A stretch of DNA of 64,000 nt from an uncultured Alphaproteobacteria bacterium (GCA_902512325.1 CABXIT010000002.1:5009-69008); one strand, 5' to 3'. Positions 1 through 11,627 are shown, counted from the stretch's first letter. Made by a program: numbers and translations. The notes: generated by a model not told the origin, from the sequence alone.

Positions 1-113
1 GTATCAATCTCACTTAATTTTCCACTCATAATTAATTCAAAAAGATAAGTCGATTCATCTGATGTTAAATCTTGCTGCGAGAATAATTTATTTTTAAAGC
101 TTTTAATTTCCAT
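1..113 (-). CDS. trpD: anthranilate phosphoribosyltransferase, first ~37 codons only (gene runs off left edge)
   Basis: Not in the ORF track because it is truncated. The reverse strand from ATG (113-111) reads MEIKSFKNKLFSQQDLTSDESTYLFELIMSGKLSEIDT, a TrpD-like N-terminal helix pattern. It overlaps the trpG stop by 11 nt and lies downstream of trpE-trpG. Confidence 0.55.
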   Translation of the reverse strand, partial: MEIKSFKNKLFSQQDLTSDESTYLFELIMSGKLSEID

Positions 114-681
114 AATTAATCAGTGTTAAGAAATTTTTTAGTAAATTTTTACCAACATCAGTCCCTATGCTTTCTGGATGAAATTGAAATCCATAAATAG
201 GTAAGTTTGAATGGGCGATACCCATAACAATATTTTTTTCAGTTTCTGCAGTTATAATAAATTCGGATGATAAGGTCTTTCTATCTATAATTAAAGAATG
301 ATATCTTGTTGCTGTGAAATTATTTTCAATATTTTTAAAAATTTTATGATTATTATGTTTCATTTTATCAATTTTACCATGCATGATTTCTTCACATTTT
401 ATAATTTTAGCACCAAAAGCCTGTCCTATAGATTGGTGACCTAGACAGATGCCAAGAATAGGTAATTTATTTTTAAATTTTTCAATAAGTTTAAGACAGA
501 TACCTGCTTCATTTGGTGTGCATGGGCCTGGAGAGAGTACAATCCCCTTAGGATGAAGTGCATTAATATCATTTAAAGATATTTTGTCATTTCTATATGT
601 TTCAACTTTTGCACCTACTTCACATAAATAATGCTTAACATTATAAGTAAAACTATCATAATTATCTATTAGTAGAATCAT
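103..681 (-). CDS. trpG: anthranilate synthase component II (class I glutamine amidotransferase; TrpG/PabA type)
   Basis: 192 aa with MILLIDNYDSFTYN, GICLGHQ (catalytic Cys) and FHPES motifs. It is translationally coupled to trpE by a 1-nt overlap. Confidence 0.85.
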   Translation of the reverse strand: MILLIDNYDSFTYNVKHYLCEVGAKVETYRNDKISLNDINALHPKGIVLSPGPCTPNEAGICLKLIEKFKNKLPILGICLGHQSIGQAFGAKIIKCEEIMHGKIDKMKHNNHKIFKNIENNFTATRYHSLIIDRKTLSSEFIITAETEKNIVMGIAHSNLPIYGFQFHPESIGTDVGKNLLKNFLTLINYGN

Positions 682-2153
682 TAATTATATTTGTATGAAT
701 CTTCTGCTGCAGCCATTAATGCACCAGCTTTATTAATTGTTTCTTGATACTCATCTTCTGGATTTGAATCATAAACTACACCTCCCCCAGCTTGGATATG
801 CAATTTTCCATTTTTTACCAATCCGCTTCTTAAACTAATGCATGTATCCATGTCCCCGTTAGAATCAAAATACCCCATACATCCTGCATAGAAGCTTCTA
901 TTAAGGTTTTCAAGTTCTTCTATTATCTCCATGGCACGAATTTTTGGAGCGCCAGATACGGTGCCAGCTGGAAAACCAGATTTAAGAGCATCAACTGCAT
1001 CGTATTTGTTATCTATTAATCCTTCAACATTTGAAACAATATGCATAACATGAGAATAATATTCTATAATCATTTTTTCTGTAACTTTTACTGATTTGTT
1101 CTGAGCAACTCTTCCAACATCATTTCTCCCTAGATCTAATAACATTAAATGTTCTGCCAGCTCTTTTTCATCTTGCAGTAAATCTTTTGATAGTTCTAGA
1201 TCTTCATTTGCATTTTTACCCCTTTTTCTTGTACCGGCTATAGGTCTTATGGTTATTTTTTTATTTCTTAATTGCACAAGTAATTCAGGACTAGAAGCAA
1301 CAAGTCCTATTCCATTAAAGTTTAAATTAACTAAATATGGTGAAGGGTTTAGTCTTCTTAATGACCTATAAAGACTCACTGCTTCAAGATCATATTTTGT
1401 TTCAAATCTTTGAGAGGTCACTACTTGAAAAACATCACCTTCTTCAATATATTTCTTAGCTTTTGAAATTATAGAAAAATACTCTTCTTTAGAATAGTTA
1501 GATATAAATTCTAAATTTGAGTTAATTTGACTAACTGGTTCTTGAACTAGACTTTCTTTAAGTTGATTTACTTTTAATTCTAACAATTCTTGAGCCTCAT
1601 TAAATGCTGTTTCATATTTTTTTTCCTCATTTGGGTAGACGGCTGTCATAACAGTAATTGTGTCTTTTATATTATCGAAAACAGCAACAATTTTTGGTCT
1701 GATCATAATAGAGTCAGGTATATTTATATTATCATTATTTTTTAATGATATTTTTTCCATATATTGAATCATTGGATATCCCAAATAACCAACCAGAATA
1801 GGATAGGGCACATCTATATTTCCTTTATCAAATTTTGAAAACTCTATTAAGTTTTTAAGAGATTCAATTGGCTCATTAGAAATTTTATAATTATAATTTC
1901 CAAAGTTATATTCTATTGAAGCTAAACTATTCTCAACTTTCCAAATTAGATCCGGGTCACATCCTAAGAGAGAGTATCTTCCTCTAATACTTCCCCCTTC
2001 AACTGACTCCAATAAAAAAGAGTAGTTTTGATTTTTTTTAATTTTAAGAAGAGATGATATTGGCGTTTCAATATCAGCAATTAAATTTTTAGTTAAAAGT
2101 TGAGGTTTATTGTTTTTTAGCCCCTCTATAAAATTATTTTTTATCTCATTCAT
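681..2153 (-). CDS. trpE: anthranilate synthase component I
   Basis: 490 aa with LLESVEGG near the N-terminus and the chorismate-binding C-terminal block GAPKIRAMEII...FYAGCMGYF. Confidence 0.9.
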   Translation of the reverse strand: MNEIKNNFIEGLKNNKPQLLTKNLIADIETPISSLLKIKKNQNYSFLLESVEGGSIRGRYSLLGCDPDLIWKVENSLASIEYNFGNYNYKISNEPIESLKNLIEFSKFDKGNIDVPYPILVGYLGYPMIQYMEKISLKNNDNINIPDSIMIRPKIVAVFDNIKDTITVMTAVYPNEEKKYETAFNEAQELLELKVNQLKESLVQEPVSQINSNLEFISNYSKEEYFSIISKAKKYIEEGDVFQVVTSQRFETKYDLEAVSLYRSLRRLNPSPYLVNLNFNGIGLVASSPELLVQLRNKKITIRPIAGTRKRGKNANEDLELSKDLLQDEKELAEHLMLLDLGRNDVGRVAQNKSVKVTEKMIIEYYSHVMHIVSNVEGLIDNKYDAVDALKSGFPAGTVSGAPKIRAMEIIEELENLNRSFYAGCMGYFDSNGDMDTCISLRSGLVKNGKLHIQAGGGVVYDSNPEDEYQETINKAGALMAAAEDSYKYN

Positions 2154-3991
2154 TAATATTGGCTTATTAAAGCCTGCATTAAATTATCATTTGTTGAGAT
2201 ATTCTTATTTTTAACAATCTCAGCTCCAAAAAAACTCCTTAATTCATTTCCTAAATCTAAATCTTGATTATTTATATTATCATCATCAGGAAAGGTTATT
2301 TTATTATTTTTAGCAAGATATATATCATCATTTGAAATGCTAAAATAAATTTTGTCTATATCATTATCAAAAACTTTATTTTTAAATGCCGAGGGGTAAT
2401 CATCACTATTGAATTTTAAATCAATATTAGAAGTTTCTGTTTTAAAATATAATGATAGATCTTTTATAAGTTTAGAATCGGCAATTGAATCATCTATATA
2501 ACTTTCAATCTCTTTTATTTTTAAAGATTTTATCCAATCTTCAGAAACTTTCTCAAATACTTGATTTAGTTCATATGGTTTTTCGTAAAGTATATTATCA
2601 ACGTTGATAATTATCGACTGATTTTCATTTATATCTTCAATGTCGCTTACAAAATCTTTATTTGAAGAAAAGGCTTTTGTAACAACTTCATTTTTCACTA
2701 AGTCATCCTGAATTGTGCCGAAATCTCTCTTTGCTTTGCTTATTTTTTTTATATTTAGTGAATTGCTGTTCGCGATCTCATTTAATGAAAGTCCATCAAG
2801 TATTTGTTGATTTATATTATTTTTTAAATCTAAAATAAAATTATTTAATTCAACATCAATTAGAGTATCAATAATTTTGCCTCTTGATTCTTCAATTGTT
2901 TTTTGGAATTCTGGATAAATTTTGCTAACTATTATGACATGTTTTGCTAATGCTGTTTCAACAATTGATGAAATATTATTTTCTTGTAGATTAAATATAA
3001 CATTTGACAACTCTTCTAAAACTTCATCCTTAGATACATTAGTAAAATTATTAAATGTAATATTATTTTTTTCTGCAAACTTAATAATATCTTCTGAGTT
3101 TAAAGATATTGTATTAGTTTTAAATTCTGATGCTTTTTCTAAACTCTTAAAATTAAATTGAAGAAAATCTCTTTTTTCCATTTCTAAAAACAGTTTTTTA
3201 TTGCTATTATAATAACTTTCAATTTGGTCGTTTGATGGCGTTAATTGATTTAAATAATCATTTTTATCAACTAATATATAAGAAACATCTCTCTTTTCTG
3301 GAACCATGTATGAATTGATATTTTTATTAAAATAATCAATAATTTTTTTATTGTTTATAGAAATGTCAAGATTTTCAATATTTTTTAATTTATACTCATT
3401 TAAGTTAAATTTAATTAAGTCTATATTTCTAGAGTGATTATTATGTTTGTTTATAATATTTGCAAATTTATTTGGGTATTTTACTCCTAAGAAACTTTCA
3501 TCAAAAATATTCGACCTTGTTTCATAATTTATAATTTTTACTAAATCGTCAATTTTTAATCTTTGTTGTTTAAGGAATTCATTCAATTCTTTTTCATTAA
3601 GTTTGTTATTTTTATCATAAAGATTAGGAAATCTTTTTTTTGTCTCAGAAGCTACCACTGTTTCATCTATAATAAAATATTGAGAGTCAAACTCATTTTC
3701 AAATACAGCATTATTAATTAAGCTCCCAAGCGCCATTGAATGTATTTGAAAAGCTTGAATCTCTTCGGATGTCAATTGCCGACCAAACATTTGGCTATAT
3801 TGATTAATATTCATATCTAATACTCGGAGGAACTTAGTTGTTGAGATTGGAGTTCCTGATACCGAAGCTACTACATTATCTGATTCAAAAAGTCCTGAGT
3901 ATCTTGATGAGCCTCTAAAAAAAAATAAACTGATTCCAAAGAGAATAGCTAATACGAATGCTATTTTTGATTTACCTAAACTTCTAAACAT
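2153..3991 (-). CDS. ppiD: PpiD-like periplasmic chaperone (SurA N-terminal domain family), membrane anchored
   Basis: 612 aa with a single N-terminal TM (IAFVLAILFGISLFFF) followed by a PpiD/SurA-N-like region (VASVSGTPISTTKF...). It lies divergent from tpiA and beside trpE, as in many alphaproteobacteria. Confidence 0.65.
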   Translation of the reverse strand: MFRSLGKSKIAFVLAILFGISLFFFRGSSRYSGLFESDNVVASVSGTPISTTKFLRVLDMNINQYSQMFGRQLTSEEIQAFQIHSMALGSLINNAVFENEFDSQYFIIDETVVASETKKRFPNLYDKNNKLNEKELNEFLKQQRLKIDDLVKIINYETRSNIFDESFLGVKYPNKFANIINKHNNHSRNIDLIKFNLNEYKLKNIENLDISINNKKIIDYFNKNINSYMVPEKRDVSYILVDKNDYLNQLTPSNDQIESYYNSNKKLFLEMEKRDFLQFNFKSLEKASEFKTNTISLNSEDIIKFAEKNNITFNNFTNVSKDEVLEELSNVIFNLQENNISSIVETALAKHVIIVSKIYPEFQKTIEESRGKIIDTLIDVELNNFILDLKNNINQQILDGLSLNEIANSNSLNIKKISKAKRDFGTIQDDLVKNEVVTKAFSSNKDFVSDIEDINENQSIIINVDNILYEKPYELNQVFEKVSEDWIKSLKIKEIESYIDDSIADSKLIKDLSLYFKTETSNIDLKFNSDDYPSAFKNKVFDNDIDKIYFSISNDDIYLAKNNKITFPDDDNINNQDLDLGNELRSFFGAEIVKNKNISTNDNLMQALISQY

Positions 3992-4038
3992 AATTAGTGT
4001 TGCTTCTATAATAATAGTTTCTATAAGGGAAAATAATT

Positions 4039-4767
4039 ATGATCAAATTAGATAGTTTTTCTTTGTTTTTTGTTGCAAATTGGAAATTAAATGGAAATTT
4101 TAAGTTTATTGATCAATTTATAAGTAATATTTCCTTACCAAGAGATAAATCTAAATGTGTAGTTATCTGCCCTACATCAATTCATTTGGACTATATGTCA
4201 AAAAACATAAATGATTTTTATTTAGGTGCTCAGAATGTTTCACAGCATAAAGATGGTGCTTATACTGGAGAAATTTCAGTTAACTCATTGTCCGATTTAA
4301 ATGTTAATTTTTGTATTGTAGGACATTCAGAGAGAAGGCAAATTTTTTATGAGAAGAATGAGGAAATAAATCTCAAATCCGTAAATTTAATCAAAAATAA
4401 TTTAGTACCTATAATTTGTGTTGGTGAAACATTGCAGGAAAAAGAAAAGGGCATTACAAATGAAATTTTAGAAGAGCAGTTAAAAAACAGTATCCCGATC
4501 TCATCTAATTTTCAAAATACCATTATAGCTTATGAACCTGTTTGGGCAATAGGAACAGGGCTAACCCCTACAATCGAAGAAATTGATGTTACTCACCAAT
4601 TTATAAGAGAGCATAATGTTAAATTTAATAAATTTAAAATTTTATATGGAGGCTCTGTAAAGGCTGATAATGTAAAATTGATTACATCTTTATTGAATGT
4701 TGATGGAGCTCTAATTGGCGGAGCATCATTGAAAACAGATGAATTTACAAAGATAATTCAGGATTAA
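4039..4767 (+). CDS. tpiA: triosephosphate isomerase
   Basis: 242 aa with NWKLNG, IVGHSERR and AYEPVWAIGTG motifs. Confidence 0.95.
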   Translation: MIKLDSFSLFFVANWKLNGNFKFIDQFISNISLPRDKSKCVVICPTSIHLDYMSKNINDFYLGAQNVSQHKDGAYTGEISVNSLSDLNVNFCIVGHSERRQIFYEKNEEINLKSVNLIKNNLVPIICVGETLQEKEKGITNEILEEQLKNSIPISSNFQNTIIAYEPVWAIGTGLTPTIEEIDVTHQFIREHNVKFNKFKILYGGSVKADNVKLITSLLNVDGALIGGASLKTDEFTKIIQD

Positions 4768-4805
4768 TATCTTGATTTATAATACTATATAAATATAAGT
4801 GCTAA

Positions 4806-5117
4806 ATGCTAACCTTAATAATAATTCAGCTGATTCTAGCAGTTCTTCTAGTAATATTTGTCTTACTTCAAGGTAGTGATAATGAGGGTTTAGGCCTAGG
4901 TGGTGGTGGTAGTATGGGGGGCATGATGTCTCCTAGAGGCTCAGCAAACCTATTATCAAGATTGACTGCATTAATAGCGACTTTATTTATGGTTATGAGC
5001 GTAATTCTGACAATTGTTGCCTCAGTAGGATCTGAGAAAAATGTCTTAGAATCCCTACCTTCTATCAATTCCAAAGAAGAAACATCACAAGAACCCGTCA
5101 TTCCTGAAAACAATTAA
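4806..5117 (+). CDS. secG: preprotein translocase subunit SecG
   Basis: 103 aa with two TM segments separated by a Gly-rich loop (GLGLGGGGSMGGMM). It occupies the conserved position after tpiA. Confidence 0.85.
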   Translation: MLTLIIIQLILAVLLVIFVLLQGSDNEGLGLGGGGSMGGMMSPRGSANLLSRLTALIATLFMVMSVILTIVASVGSEKNVLESLPSINSKEETSQEPVIPENN

Positions 5118-5167
5118 TATTATTATCTTGATATAGATTATTCAATTCTGTATCAGAGTTATCCGTA

Positions 5168-6778
5168 ATGCAATATGTATTTATTACGGGCGGAGTTGCC
5201 TCATCACTTGGGAAAGGTATAGCTTCCGCAGCAGTAGCATCATTACTTCAGCAAAGAAATTTTAAGGTCCGAATAAGAAAGCTTGATCCTTATCTAAATG
5301 TTGATCCAGGTACAATGAGTCCATATCAACATGGTGAAGTTTTTGTTACAGATGATGGCGCTGAAACTGATCTTGATTTAGGTCACTATGAGAGATTTAC
5401 AAATAGATCTGCTCAAAAAACCGATAGTATATCATCAGGAAAAATATACTCTAATGTTTTAAAGAAAGAAAGAAAAGGAGATTATCTTGGCGCTACTATA
5501 CAAGTTATCCCTCATGTGACAGATGAAATTAAGCTTTTTATAAATTCTAATTTTGAAGATGAAGATATTATAATTTATGAAATAGGTGGCACTGTAGGAG
5601 ATATTGAATCTCTTCCTTTTTTAGATGCAATAAGACAGATTAGAAATGATAAAAAAATATCATCAGCTTTAATTCACATGACCTATGTTCCTTATTTAAG
5701 TTCAGCTGGTGAATTAAAGACAAAACCTACCCAACACTCTGTTAAAGAGTTGCTAAATTCAGGCATTCAACCTGATATTATAATGTGTAGATGTGAAAAA
5801 GAAATTAATCAAGAATCTATTGAGAAAATATCGCAGTTTTGTAATGTAAAAAAAGATTCTGTAATTCCTGCCTTGAATGCTAATTCTATTTATGAAGTTC
5901 CATCAATCTATTCTCAAGCTGGTCTTGATAAAGTTTTACTAGAGCATTTGGGTTATGATGTTTCTAAACACTCTCTTAATTTAGAAGCTTGGAAAAATTT
6001 AACAAATAAAATTAATAATTTAAAAAAAGAAGTAACTATTGGTGTTGTTGGAAAATATACAAACTTAAAAGATAGTTATAAATCTCTAATAGAAGCGCTT
6101 AATCATGGAGGTATTGATAATAATGTTAAAGTTGAAATTAATTGGATAAATGCAGAAAAAATTAAAAAATCTGAATTAGTAAAAGAGCTTCAAAGTGTAG
6201 ATGGTATTTTAATACCTGGTGGTTTTGGTTACAGAGGTGTTGAAGGTAAAATTTTAGCAATAAAATATGCAAGAGAAAATAACATTCCTTTTTTTGGAAT
6301 TTGTTTAGGAATGCAATTAAGTGTGATTGAGATAGCAAGAAATGTTTTTGATTTGCCAGACTCTAATTCTACTGAATTTGAATCAACTAAAAATCCAGTA
6401 GTTAGTCTAATGACAGAATGGCATAATAAGAATAAAATTGAGAAAAGAGATCAGGCTAGTGATAAAGGGGGTACGATGAGGCTCGGAGCCTATAAAGCTA
6501 TACTGAAAAAAGACTCTAAAGTTAGTGAAATTTATAATGCAACAGAAATTTCAGAGAGGCATAGACATAGATATGAAGTTGATTTATCTTACACTAAAGA
6601 TTTTGATAAAAAAGGATTCCATTTTTCTGGCATGTCTCCTGATCAAGTACTACCAGAAGTATTAGAAAGCTCAAATCATAAATGGTTTATTGGTGTTCAG
6701 TTTCATCCTGAATTAAAATCTAGACCTTTAGCACCACATCCTTTATTTTCGTCTTTTATAAAACATTGCATAAAATGA
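5168..6778 (+). CDS. pyrG: CTP synthase
   Basis: 536 aa with [14 protein letters not shown] at the N-terminus and a GATase domain carrying GICLGMQ and FHPE. Confidence 0.97.
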   Translation: MQYVFITGGVASSLGKGIASAAVASLLQQRNFKVRIRKLDPYLNVDPGTMSPYQHGEVFVTDDGAETDLDLGHYERFTNRSAQKTDSISSGKIYSNVLKKERKGDYLGATIQVIPHVTDEIKLFINSNFEDEDIIIYEIGGTVGDIESLPFLDAIRQIRNDKKISSALIHMTYVPYLSSAGELKTKPTQHSVKELLNSGIQPDIIMCRCEKEINQESIEKISQFCNVKKDSVIPALNANSIYEVPSIYSQAGLDKVLLEHLGYDVSKHSLNLEAWKNLTNKINNLKKEVTIGVVGKYTNLKDSYKSLIEALNHGGIDNNVKVEINWINAEKIKKSELVKELQSVDGILIPGGFGYRGVEGKILAIKYARENNIPFFGICLGMQLSVIEIARNVFDLPDSNSTEFESTKNPVVSLMTEWHNKNKIEKRDQASDKGGTMRLGAYKAILKKDSKVSEIYNATEISERHRHRYEVDLSYTKDFDKKGFHFSGMSPDQVLPEVLESSNHKWFIGVQFHPELKSRPLAPHPLFSSFIKHCIK

Positions 6779-7599
6779 AAACTATAAAAATAGCAGATTT
6801 TGAAACATCTAATCATAAGGATTTATTCTTAATTGCTGGTCCATGTGTAATAGAGAGTGAAAGTCACTCTTTGATGATGGCTGAAAAAATTGCTACAGTT
6901 TGTCAAAAACTTAAAATTAATTTTGTCTATAAGTCTAGTTTTGATAAGGCTAATAGATCAAGTATTAATAGCAATAGAGGTATAGAAATAAATCAAGCTG
7001 AAAAAATTTTTAATAAAATAAAATCTACTTTTAATTGCCCTATTTTAACTGATGTTCATAATGAAAGTCAGTGTGAATTTTTATCAAAATCTGAAAGTGT
7101 TGATATTCTTCAAATACCAGCATTCTTATGTCGACAAACTGACTTATTAATTTCAGCAGCAAAAACAAATAAAATTATTAATGTTAAAAAAGGTCAGTTT
7201 TTATCACCATATGAGGTTCCTAATATTTTTAAAAAAATTGAAAGTGCAGGTAATCATAATATTATGATTACAGAAAGAGGTACATCATTTGGCTATAATA
7301 ACTTAATTAACGATTTTAAATCTTTAGATATTATGAAAAAATATCTATACCCTGTCATTTTTGATGCAACTCACTCTGTACAAGAGCCAGGTGGTATGGG
7401 AGAAAAGAGTGGAGGCAAAAGAGAATTTGTTTCTACTTTATCTAAAGCTGCTGTTGCAGTTGGAGTTGCCGGTATTTTTATTGAGACACATAATGATCCT
7501 GATAATGCCCCAAGTGATGGTCCTAATATGTTGAATATTGAAAACTTAGAGAGTTTAATTTTAAAATTAATTGAATTAGATACTATTTCAAAAAAATAA
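6775..7599 (+). CDS. kdsA: 3-deoxy-8-phosphooctulonate synthase (KDO8P synthase)
   Basis: Carries [19 protein letters not shown] and DATHSVQ motifs. The ORF track starts at a TTG at 6766. The ATG at 6775 forms an ATGA overlap with the pyrG stop and is preferred. Confidence 0.92.
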   Translation: MKTIKIADFETSNHKDLFLIAGPCVIESESHSLMMAEKIATVCQKLKINFVYKSSFDKANRSSINSNRGIEINQAEKIFNKIKSTFNCPILTDVHNESQCEFLSKSESVDILQIPAFLCRQTDLLISAAKTNKIINVKKGQFLSPYEVPNIFKKIESAGNHNIMITERGTSFGYNNLINDFKSLDIMKKYLYPVIFDATHSVQEPGGMGEKSGGKREFVSTLSKAAVAVGVAGIFIETHNDPDNAPSDGPNMLNIENLESLILKLIELDTISKK

Positions 7600-7633
7600 T
7601 TTTTATTTAATTTTTTAGTATAGAAAGGCATAG

Positions 7634-8911
7634 ATGGAAAAAATAAAAAATATACATGCAAGAGAAATATTAGATAGTAGAGGAAACCCTACTGTGGAAT
7701 GTGATCTTGAATTACAAGATGGATCATTTGGTAGAGCTGCTGTACCAAGTGGTGCTTCAACAGGTATCCATGAAGCTTTAGAATTACGTGATGAAGATCA
7801 AAATAGATATCTCGGAAAAGGGGTAAAAAAAGCTGTTCAAAATATTAACGAACAGATTAAAAAAGAAATTGTTGGTAAGACTTTTGATAATTATAAATCT
7901 TTTGATAAGGTATTATTGAGCTTAGATGGAACAGAAAATAAGTCTAATTTTGGAGCAAACACAACGCTTGCTGCAAGTTTAGCTTTCGTAAAAAGTTTAG
8001 CAAATCATTTTTCCACTCCTTTTTATCAATATATCGCTGAAAATGAAATTTTTTTACTACCTGTCCCGATGATGAATATTGTCAATGGCGGATCTCACGC
8101 TGATAATGATGTTGATATTCAAGAGTTTATGATCGCGCCAGTTGGAGCAACTTCATTTTCTGAGGCATTAAGGTATGGATGTGAAATTTTTCATTCATTA
8201 AAATCAATTTTAAAATCTAAAAACCTTAATACTAATGTTGGTGACGAGGGAGGATTTGCTCCTAATGTAAATAGCTCTGCTGAGGTAATAGAAATAATCA
8301 TTAGTTCTGTAGAGAAGGCTGGTTTTAAAATGAATGATGATATTCTATTGTCACTTGATGTAGCTTCAACAGAATTTTATAAAAATAATAAATACGATCT
8401 TAAAGGGGAAGGAAAAACTTTATCCTCTAATGAAATGGTAAACTATATTGAAAACTTATCAAATAATTTTCCTATTTATTCAATTGAAGATGGTATGTCT
8501 GAGGATGATTGGGATGGATGGATAGAATTAACTAGAAGAATTGGAAATAAAGTTCAGTTGGTTGGAGATGATCTTTTCGTTACGAATATTAAAAGATTAA
8601 AAACTGGAATAGAGAAAAGTGCAGGCAATGCCATATTAGTAAAGTTGAATCAAATTGGAACTTTGTCTGAAACTATTGATGCTATTAATCTTGGAAAAAG
8701 AAATAATTTTTCTTCAATTATTTCTCATAGATCTGGAGAAACTGAAGATACAACAATTGCTGATTTGTCAGTAGCTGTTTCAGCTGGGCAAATTAAAACT
8801 GGATCTCTATCTAGAACTGATAGAACTGCAAAATATAATCAACTTTTAAGAATAGAAGAAATGTTAGGTTCAGAAGCTCAATACGCAGGAAAATCAATTC
8901 TAAAATATTGA
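7634..8911 (+). CDS. eno: enolase
   Basis: 425 aa with [20 protein letters not shown] and [11 protein letters not shown] motifs. Confidence 0.97.
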   Translation: MEKIKNIHAREILDSRGNPTVECDLELQDGSFGRAAVPSGASTGIHEALELRDEDQNRYLGKGVKKAVQNINEQIKKEIVGKTFDNYKSFDKVLLSLDGTENKSNFGANTTLAASLAFVKSLANHFSTPFYQYIAENEIFLLPVPMMNIVNGGSHADNDVDIQEFMIAPVGATSFSEALRYGCEIFHSLKSILKSKNLNTNVGDEGGFAPNVNSSAEVIEIIISSVEKAGFKMNDDILLSLDVASTEFYKNNKYDLKGEGKTLSSNEMVNYIENLSNNFPIYSIEDGMSEDDWDGWIELTRRIGNKVQLVGDDLFVTNIKRLKTGIEKSAGNAILVKLNQIGTLSETIDAINLGKRNNFSSIISHRSGETEDTTIADLSVAVSAGQIKTGSLSRTDRTAKYNQLLRIEEMLGSEAQYAGKSILKY

Positions 8912-8946
8912 CATAAACGCACTTAATCTGATTAATTATATTTAAT

Positions 8947-9261
8947 ATGAATAAATCAGTGATTTTAAAAAATAAAATAATATTATATTTATCCTTTTTA
9001 ATTACTTTTTTTATTTTTATTTATCTTGTCTACTTTCTTATTAATGGACAGAGGGGTTTATTAAAGTATTTTTATCTTAATAATCAGGCAATAAAATATA
9101 ATCAAACTTTAACTAATCTAAAGACAGAGAATAATTATTATATTGATCGCGTAAAGAGACTAAAACCTAATGCAGTTGATTTAGATTTTTTAGATGAGCT
9201 AGCTAGAAAAAAGCTTGGATTAATTGATAAAAAAGAAATTGTGATTATTTTAGATAAATAA
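8947..9261 (+). CDS. ftsB: septum formation initiator family protein (FtsB/DivIC-like)
   Basis: 104 aa with one N-terminal TM followed by a short coiled coil. It sits in the conserved alphaproteobacterial slot between eno and pdhA. Confidence 0.6.
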   Translation: MNKSVILKNKIILYLSFLITFFIFIYLVYFLINGQRGLLKYFYLNNQAIKYNQTLTNLKTENNYYIDRVKRLKPNAVDLDFLDELARKKLGLIDKKEIVIILDK

Positions 9262-9265
9262 ATAA

Positions 9266-9293
9266 TTGACAAAAATTTACAATAAAATATTAA
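9266..9293 (+). promoter_or_regulatory. candidate sigma70-type promoter for pdhA operon (TTGACA-N16-TATTAA)
   Basis: A perfect -35 hexamer TTGACA lies at 9266-9271 and TATTAA at 9288-9293. -10-like strings occur by chance in AT-rich DNA, so this is weak. Confidence 0.3.
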
Positions 9294-9314
9294 AAAATTT
9301 ACAAAAATTTACAA

Positions 9315-10277
9315 ATGAAAAAAATATCAAAAAGTGACCATTTAAAAATATTCTCTTATATGTTGAAAATCAGACGATTTGAGGAGAGATCAGCCCAACT
9401 TTATGGAATGGGTCATATAGGTGGTTTTTGTCACTTATATATCGGTCAAGAAGCTGTCGTTGTTGGAGTATTAATGACAATTAAGAAAAATGACTCTGTT
9501 GTTACCACATATAGAGATCATGGCCATATGATCGCTAGAGGTCTAGATCCTAAAAAAATTATGGCTGAACTAACTGGAAGATCTGACGGTTATTCTGCTG
9601 GTAAAGGCGGTTCTATGCACATGTTTTCTAAAGAAAATAACTTTTATGGAGGTCATGGAATAGTAGGAGCTCAAGTTCCTATTGGAACAGGTATTGCATT
9701 TACTCACAAATATAATGGAGATAAAAATATTTGTCGAACATATATTGGAGATGGTGCAATGAATAACGGCCAGGTTTTTGAAGCCTTCAATTTGGCTGCT
9801 TTATGGAAACTTCCTGTTTTATATATAATAGAAAATAACAAATACGGTATGGGCACAGCTGTTGATAGAGCTGCCGCTGGTTCTGAATTATATAAAAGGG
9901 GAGAAGCATTTGGCATTAAAGGAGAGATACTTGACGGAATGAATGTTTATTCAATAATAAAAGCTGCTAAAAAAGCAGGTGAGTATGTAAGAGCAGGTAA
10001 AGGTCCTTATATTTTAGAAGTACAAACATATCGTTACAGAGGTCACTCAATGTCAGACCCTGCAAAATATAGAACAAAAGCTGAATTAGAAGAATATAAA
10101 AATTTAGATCCAATAGAAATTGTAAGAGAAGAAATTTTAAAAAAGAAAATTGCATCAAAAGATGAATTGGCAAAATTAAATAAAGAAATTATTGAAGAAA
10201 TTAAATCTGCTGCTGACTTCGCTCTTGAAAGTAATTTTCCATCCAGTGAAGAATTATATACAGATGTCTATATTTAA
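9315..10277 (+). CDS. pdhA: pyruvate dehydrogenase E1 component, alpha subunit
   Basis: 320 aa with YRDHGH, the ThDP motif GDGAMNNGQ...NN, and YRYRGHSMSDP. Confidence 0.93.
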   Translation: MKKISKSDHLKIFSYMLKIRRFEERSAQLYGMGHIGGFCHLYIGQEAVVVGVLMTIKKNDSVVTTYRDHGHMIARGLDPKKIMAELTGRSDGYSAGKGGSMHMFSKENNFYGGHGIVGAQVPIGTGIAFTHKYNGDKNICRTYIGDGAMNNGQVFEAFNLAALWKLPVLYIIENNKYGMGTAVDRAAAGSELYKRGEAFGIKGEILDGMNVYSIIKAAKKAGEYVRAGKGPYILEVQTYRYRGHSMSDPAKYRTKAELEEYKNLDPIEIVREEILKKKIASKDELAKLNKEIIEEIKSAADFALESNFPSSEELYTDVYI

Positions 10278-11624
10278 ATGAGTACTAAAATATTAATGCC
10301 TGCTTTATCACCCACTATGAAAGAGGGTAACTTAACGAAATGGTTAGTAAAAGTAGGCCAGGAAGTTAAAGCCGGTGATGTAATAGCAGAAATAGAAACT
10401 GATAAAGCAACCATGGAAGTAGAATCGGTAGACGAAGGTTTCGTTGAAAAATTATTTTTTAAAGAAGGGGATATTAATATACCTGTTAACAAACCTATTG
10501 CATTAATTTCAGGTCAAAAAGATTCATCTATTGAAAGTAATGATAAAAAAATAAAAGATTCTTCAAAAACAGAAAGCCAAGAAATAAATGAAACAAAAGA
10601 AAGTAATTCTACTCCTCAAGAAATAAATACAAATCTTGATAAAGACCAAATTACTATGAGACAGGCAATTAGAGATACAATTGCGGAAGAAATGAGAAAA
10701 GACAAAAAAGTTTTTATACTTGGTGAAGAAGTAGCAGAGTACCAAGGAGCATATAAAGTTACTCAAGGTCTTTTGGATGAGTTTGGTAAAAAAAGAGTCA
10801 TTGATACGCCTATTTCAGAGCATGGCTTTACTGGATTAGCCGTGGGAGCTGCTTTCAAAGGCTTGATTCCTATTGTTGAATTTATGACTTTTAATTTTTC
10901 AATGCAAGCTATTGATCAAATTATCAATTCAGCTGCAAAGACATTATACATGTCAGGTGGACAAATTAATTGTCCAATTGTTTTTCGTGGTCCAAATGGT
11001 GCAGCAGCTCAGGTTGCAGCCCAACATAGTCAAGATTTTTCATCTTGGTATGCTCATGTACCTGGTTTAAAAGTTGTTGCTCCATCAACATCTTTAAATG
11101 CTAAAGGTCTTCTTCGTGAAGCAATAAGAGATCCAAATCCTGTGATATTTCTAGAAAATGAAATACTATATGGCTTAAAAGGTGAAGTATCATCAGATGT
11201 AAATTTTACAATACCATTTGGTAAGGCAAATATTGCAAAAGAAGGAAAAGACACAACTATAGTTACTTATTCAATAATGCTTCATAAGTCTTTAGAAGCT
11301 GCAAAGATCTTAGAAGACAAACATAATTTAGATATAGAAGTAATTGATCTGCAGAGTTTAAGACCATTAGACTCAGAGACAATAATAAAGTCTGTAAAAA
11401 AAACAAATAGAATTATTACAGTAGAAGAGTCATGGCCATTTGCAAGTGTAGGATCAGAAATAGTGAATTTAGTACAAAAAAATGCCTTTGATTATCTAGA
11501 CGCTCCCATAATTAAAGTTAATAGCGCAGATGTGCCTATGCCTTATTCAAGTGAATTAGAAAAGTTATACCTTCCACAGGTAGATGATATTGTAAAAGCT
11601 GTTAAAGAAGTTAATTATATATAG
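10278..11624 (+). CDS. pdhB: pyruvate dehydrogenase E1 component, beta subunit with N-terminal lipoyl domain
   Basis: 448 aa. The N-terminal ~80 aa is a lipoyl domain ([12 protein letters not shown]), followed by a low-complexity linker and then the E1-beta core ([13 protein letters not shown]..., [14 protein letters not shown]). Confidence 0.93.
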   Translation: MSTKILMPALSPTMKEGNLTKWLVKVGQEVKAGDVIAEIETDKATMEVESVDEGFVEKLFFKEGDINIPVNKPIALISGQKDSSIESNDKKIKDSSKTESQEINETKESNSTPQEINTNLDKDQITMRQAIRDTIAEEMRKDKKVFILGEEVAEYQGAYKVTQGLLDEFGKKRVIDTPISEHGFTGLAVGAAFKGLIPIVEFMTFNFSMQAIDQIINSAAKTLYMSGGQINCPIVFRGPNGAAAQVAAQHSQDFSSWYAHVPGLKVVAPSTSLNAKGLLREAIRDPNPVIFLENEILYGLKGEVSSDVNFTIPFGKANIAKEGKDTTIVTYSIMLHKSLEAAKILEDKHNLDIEVIDLQSLRPLDSETIIKSVKKTNRIITVEESWPFASVGSEIVNLVQKNAFDYLDAPIIKVNSADVPMPYSSELEKLYLPQVDDIVKAVKEVNYI

Positions 11625-11627
11625 ATT

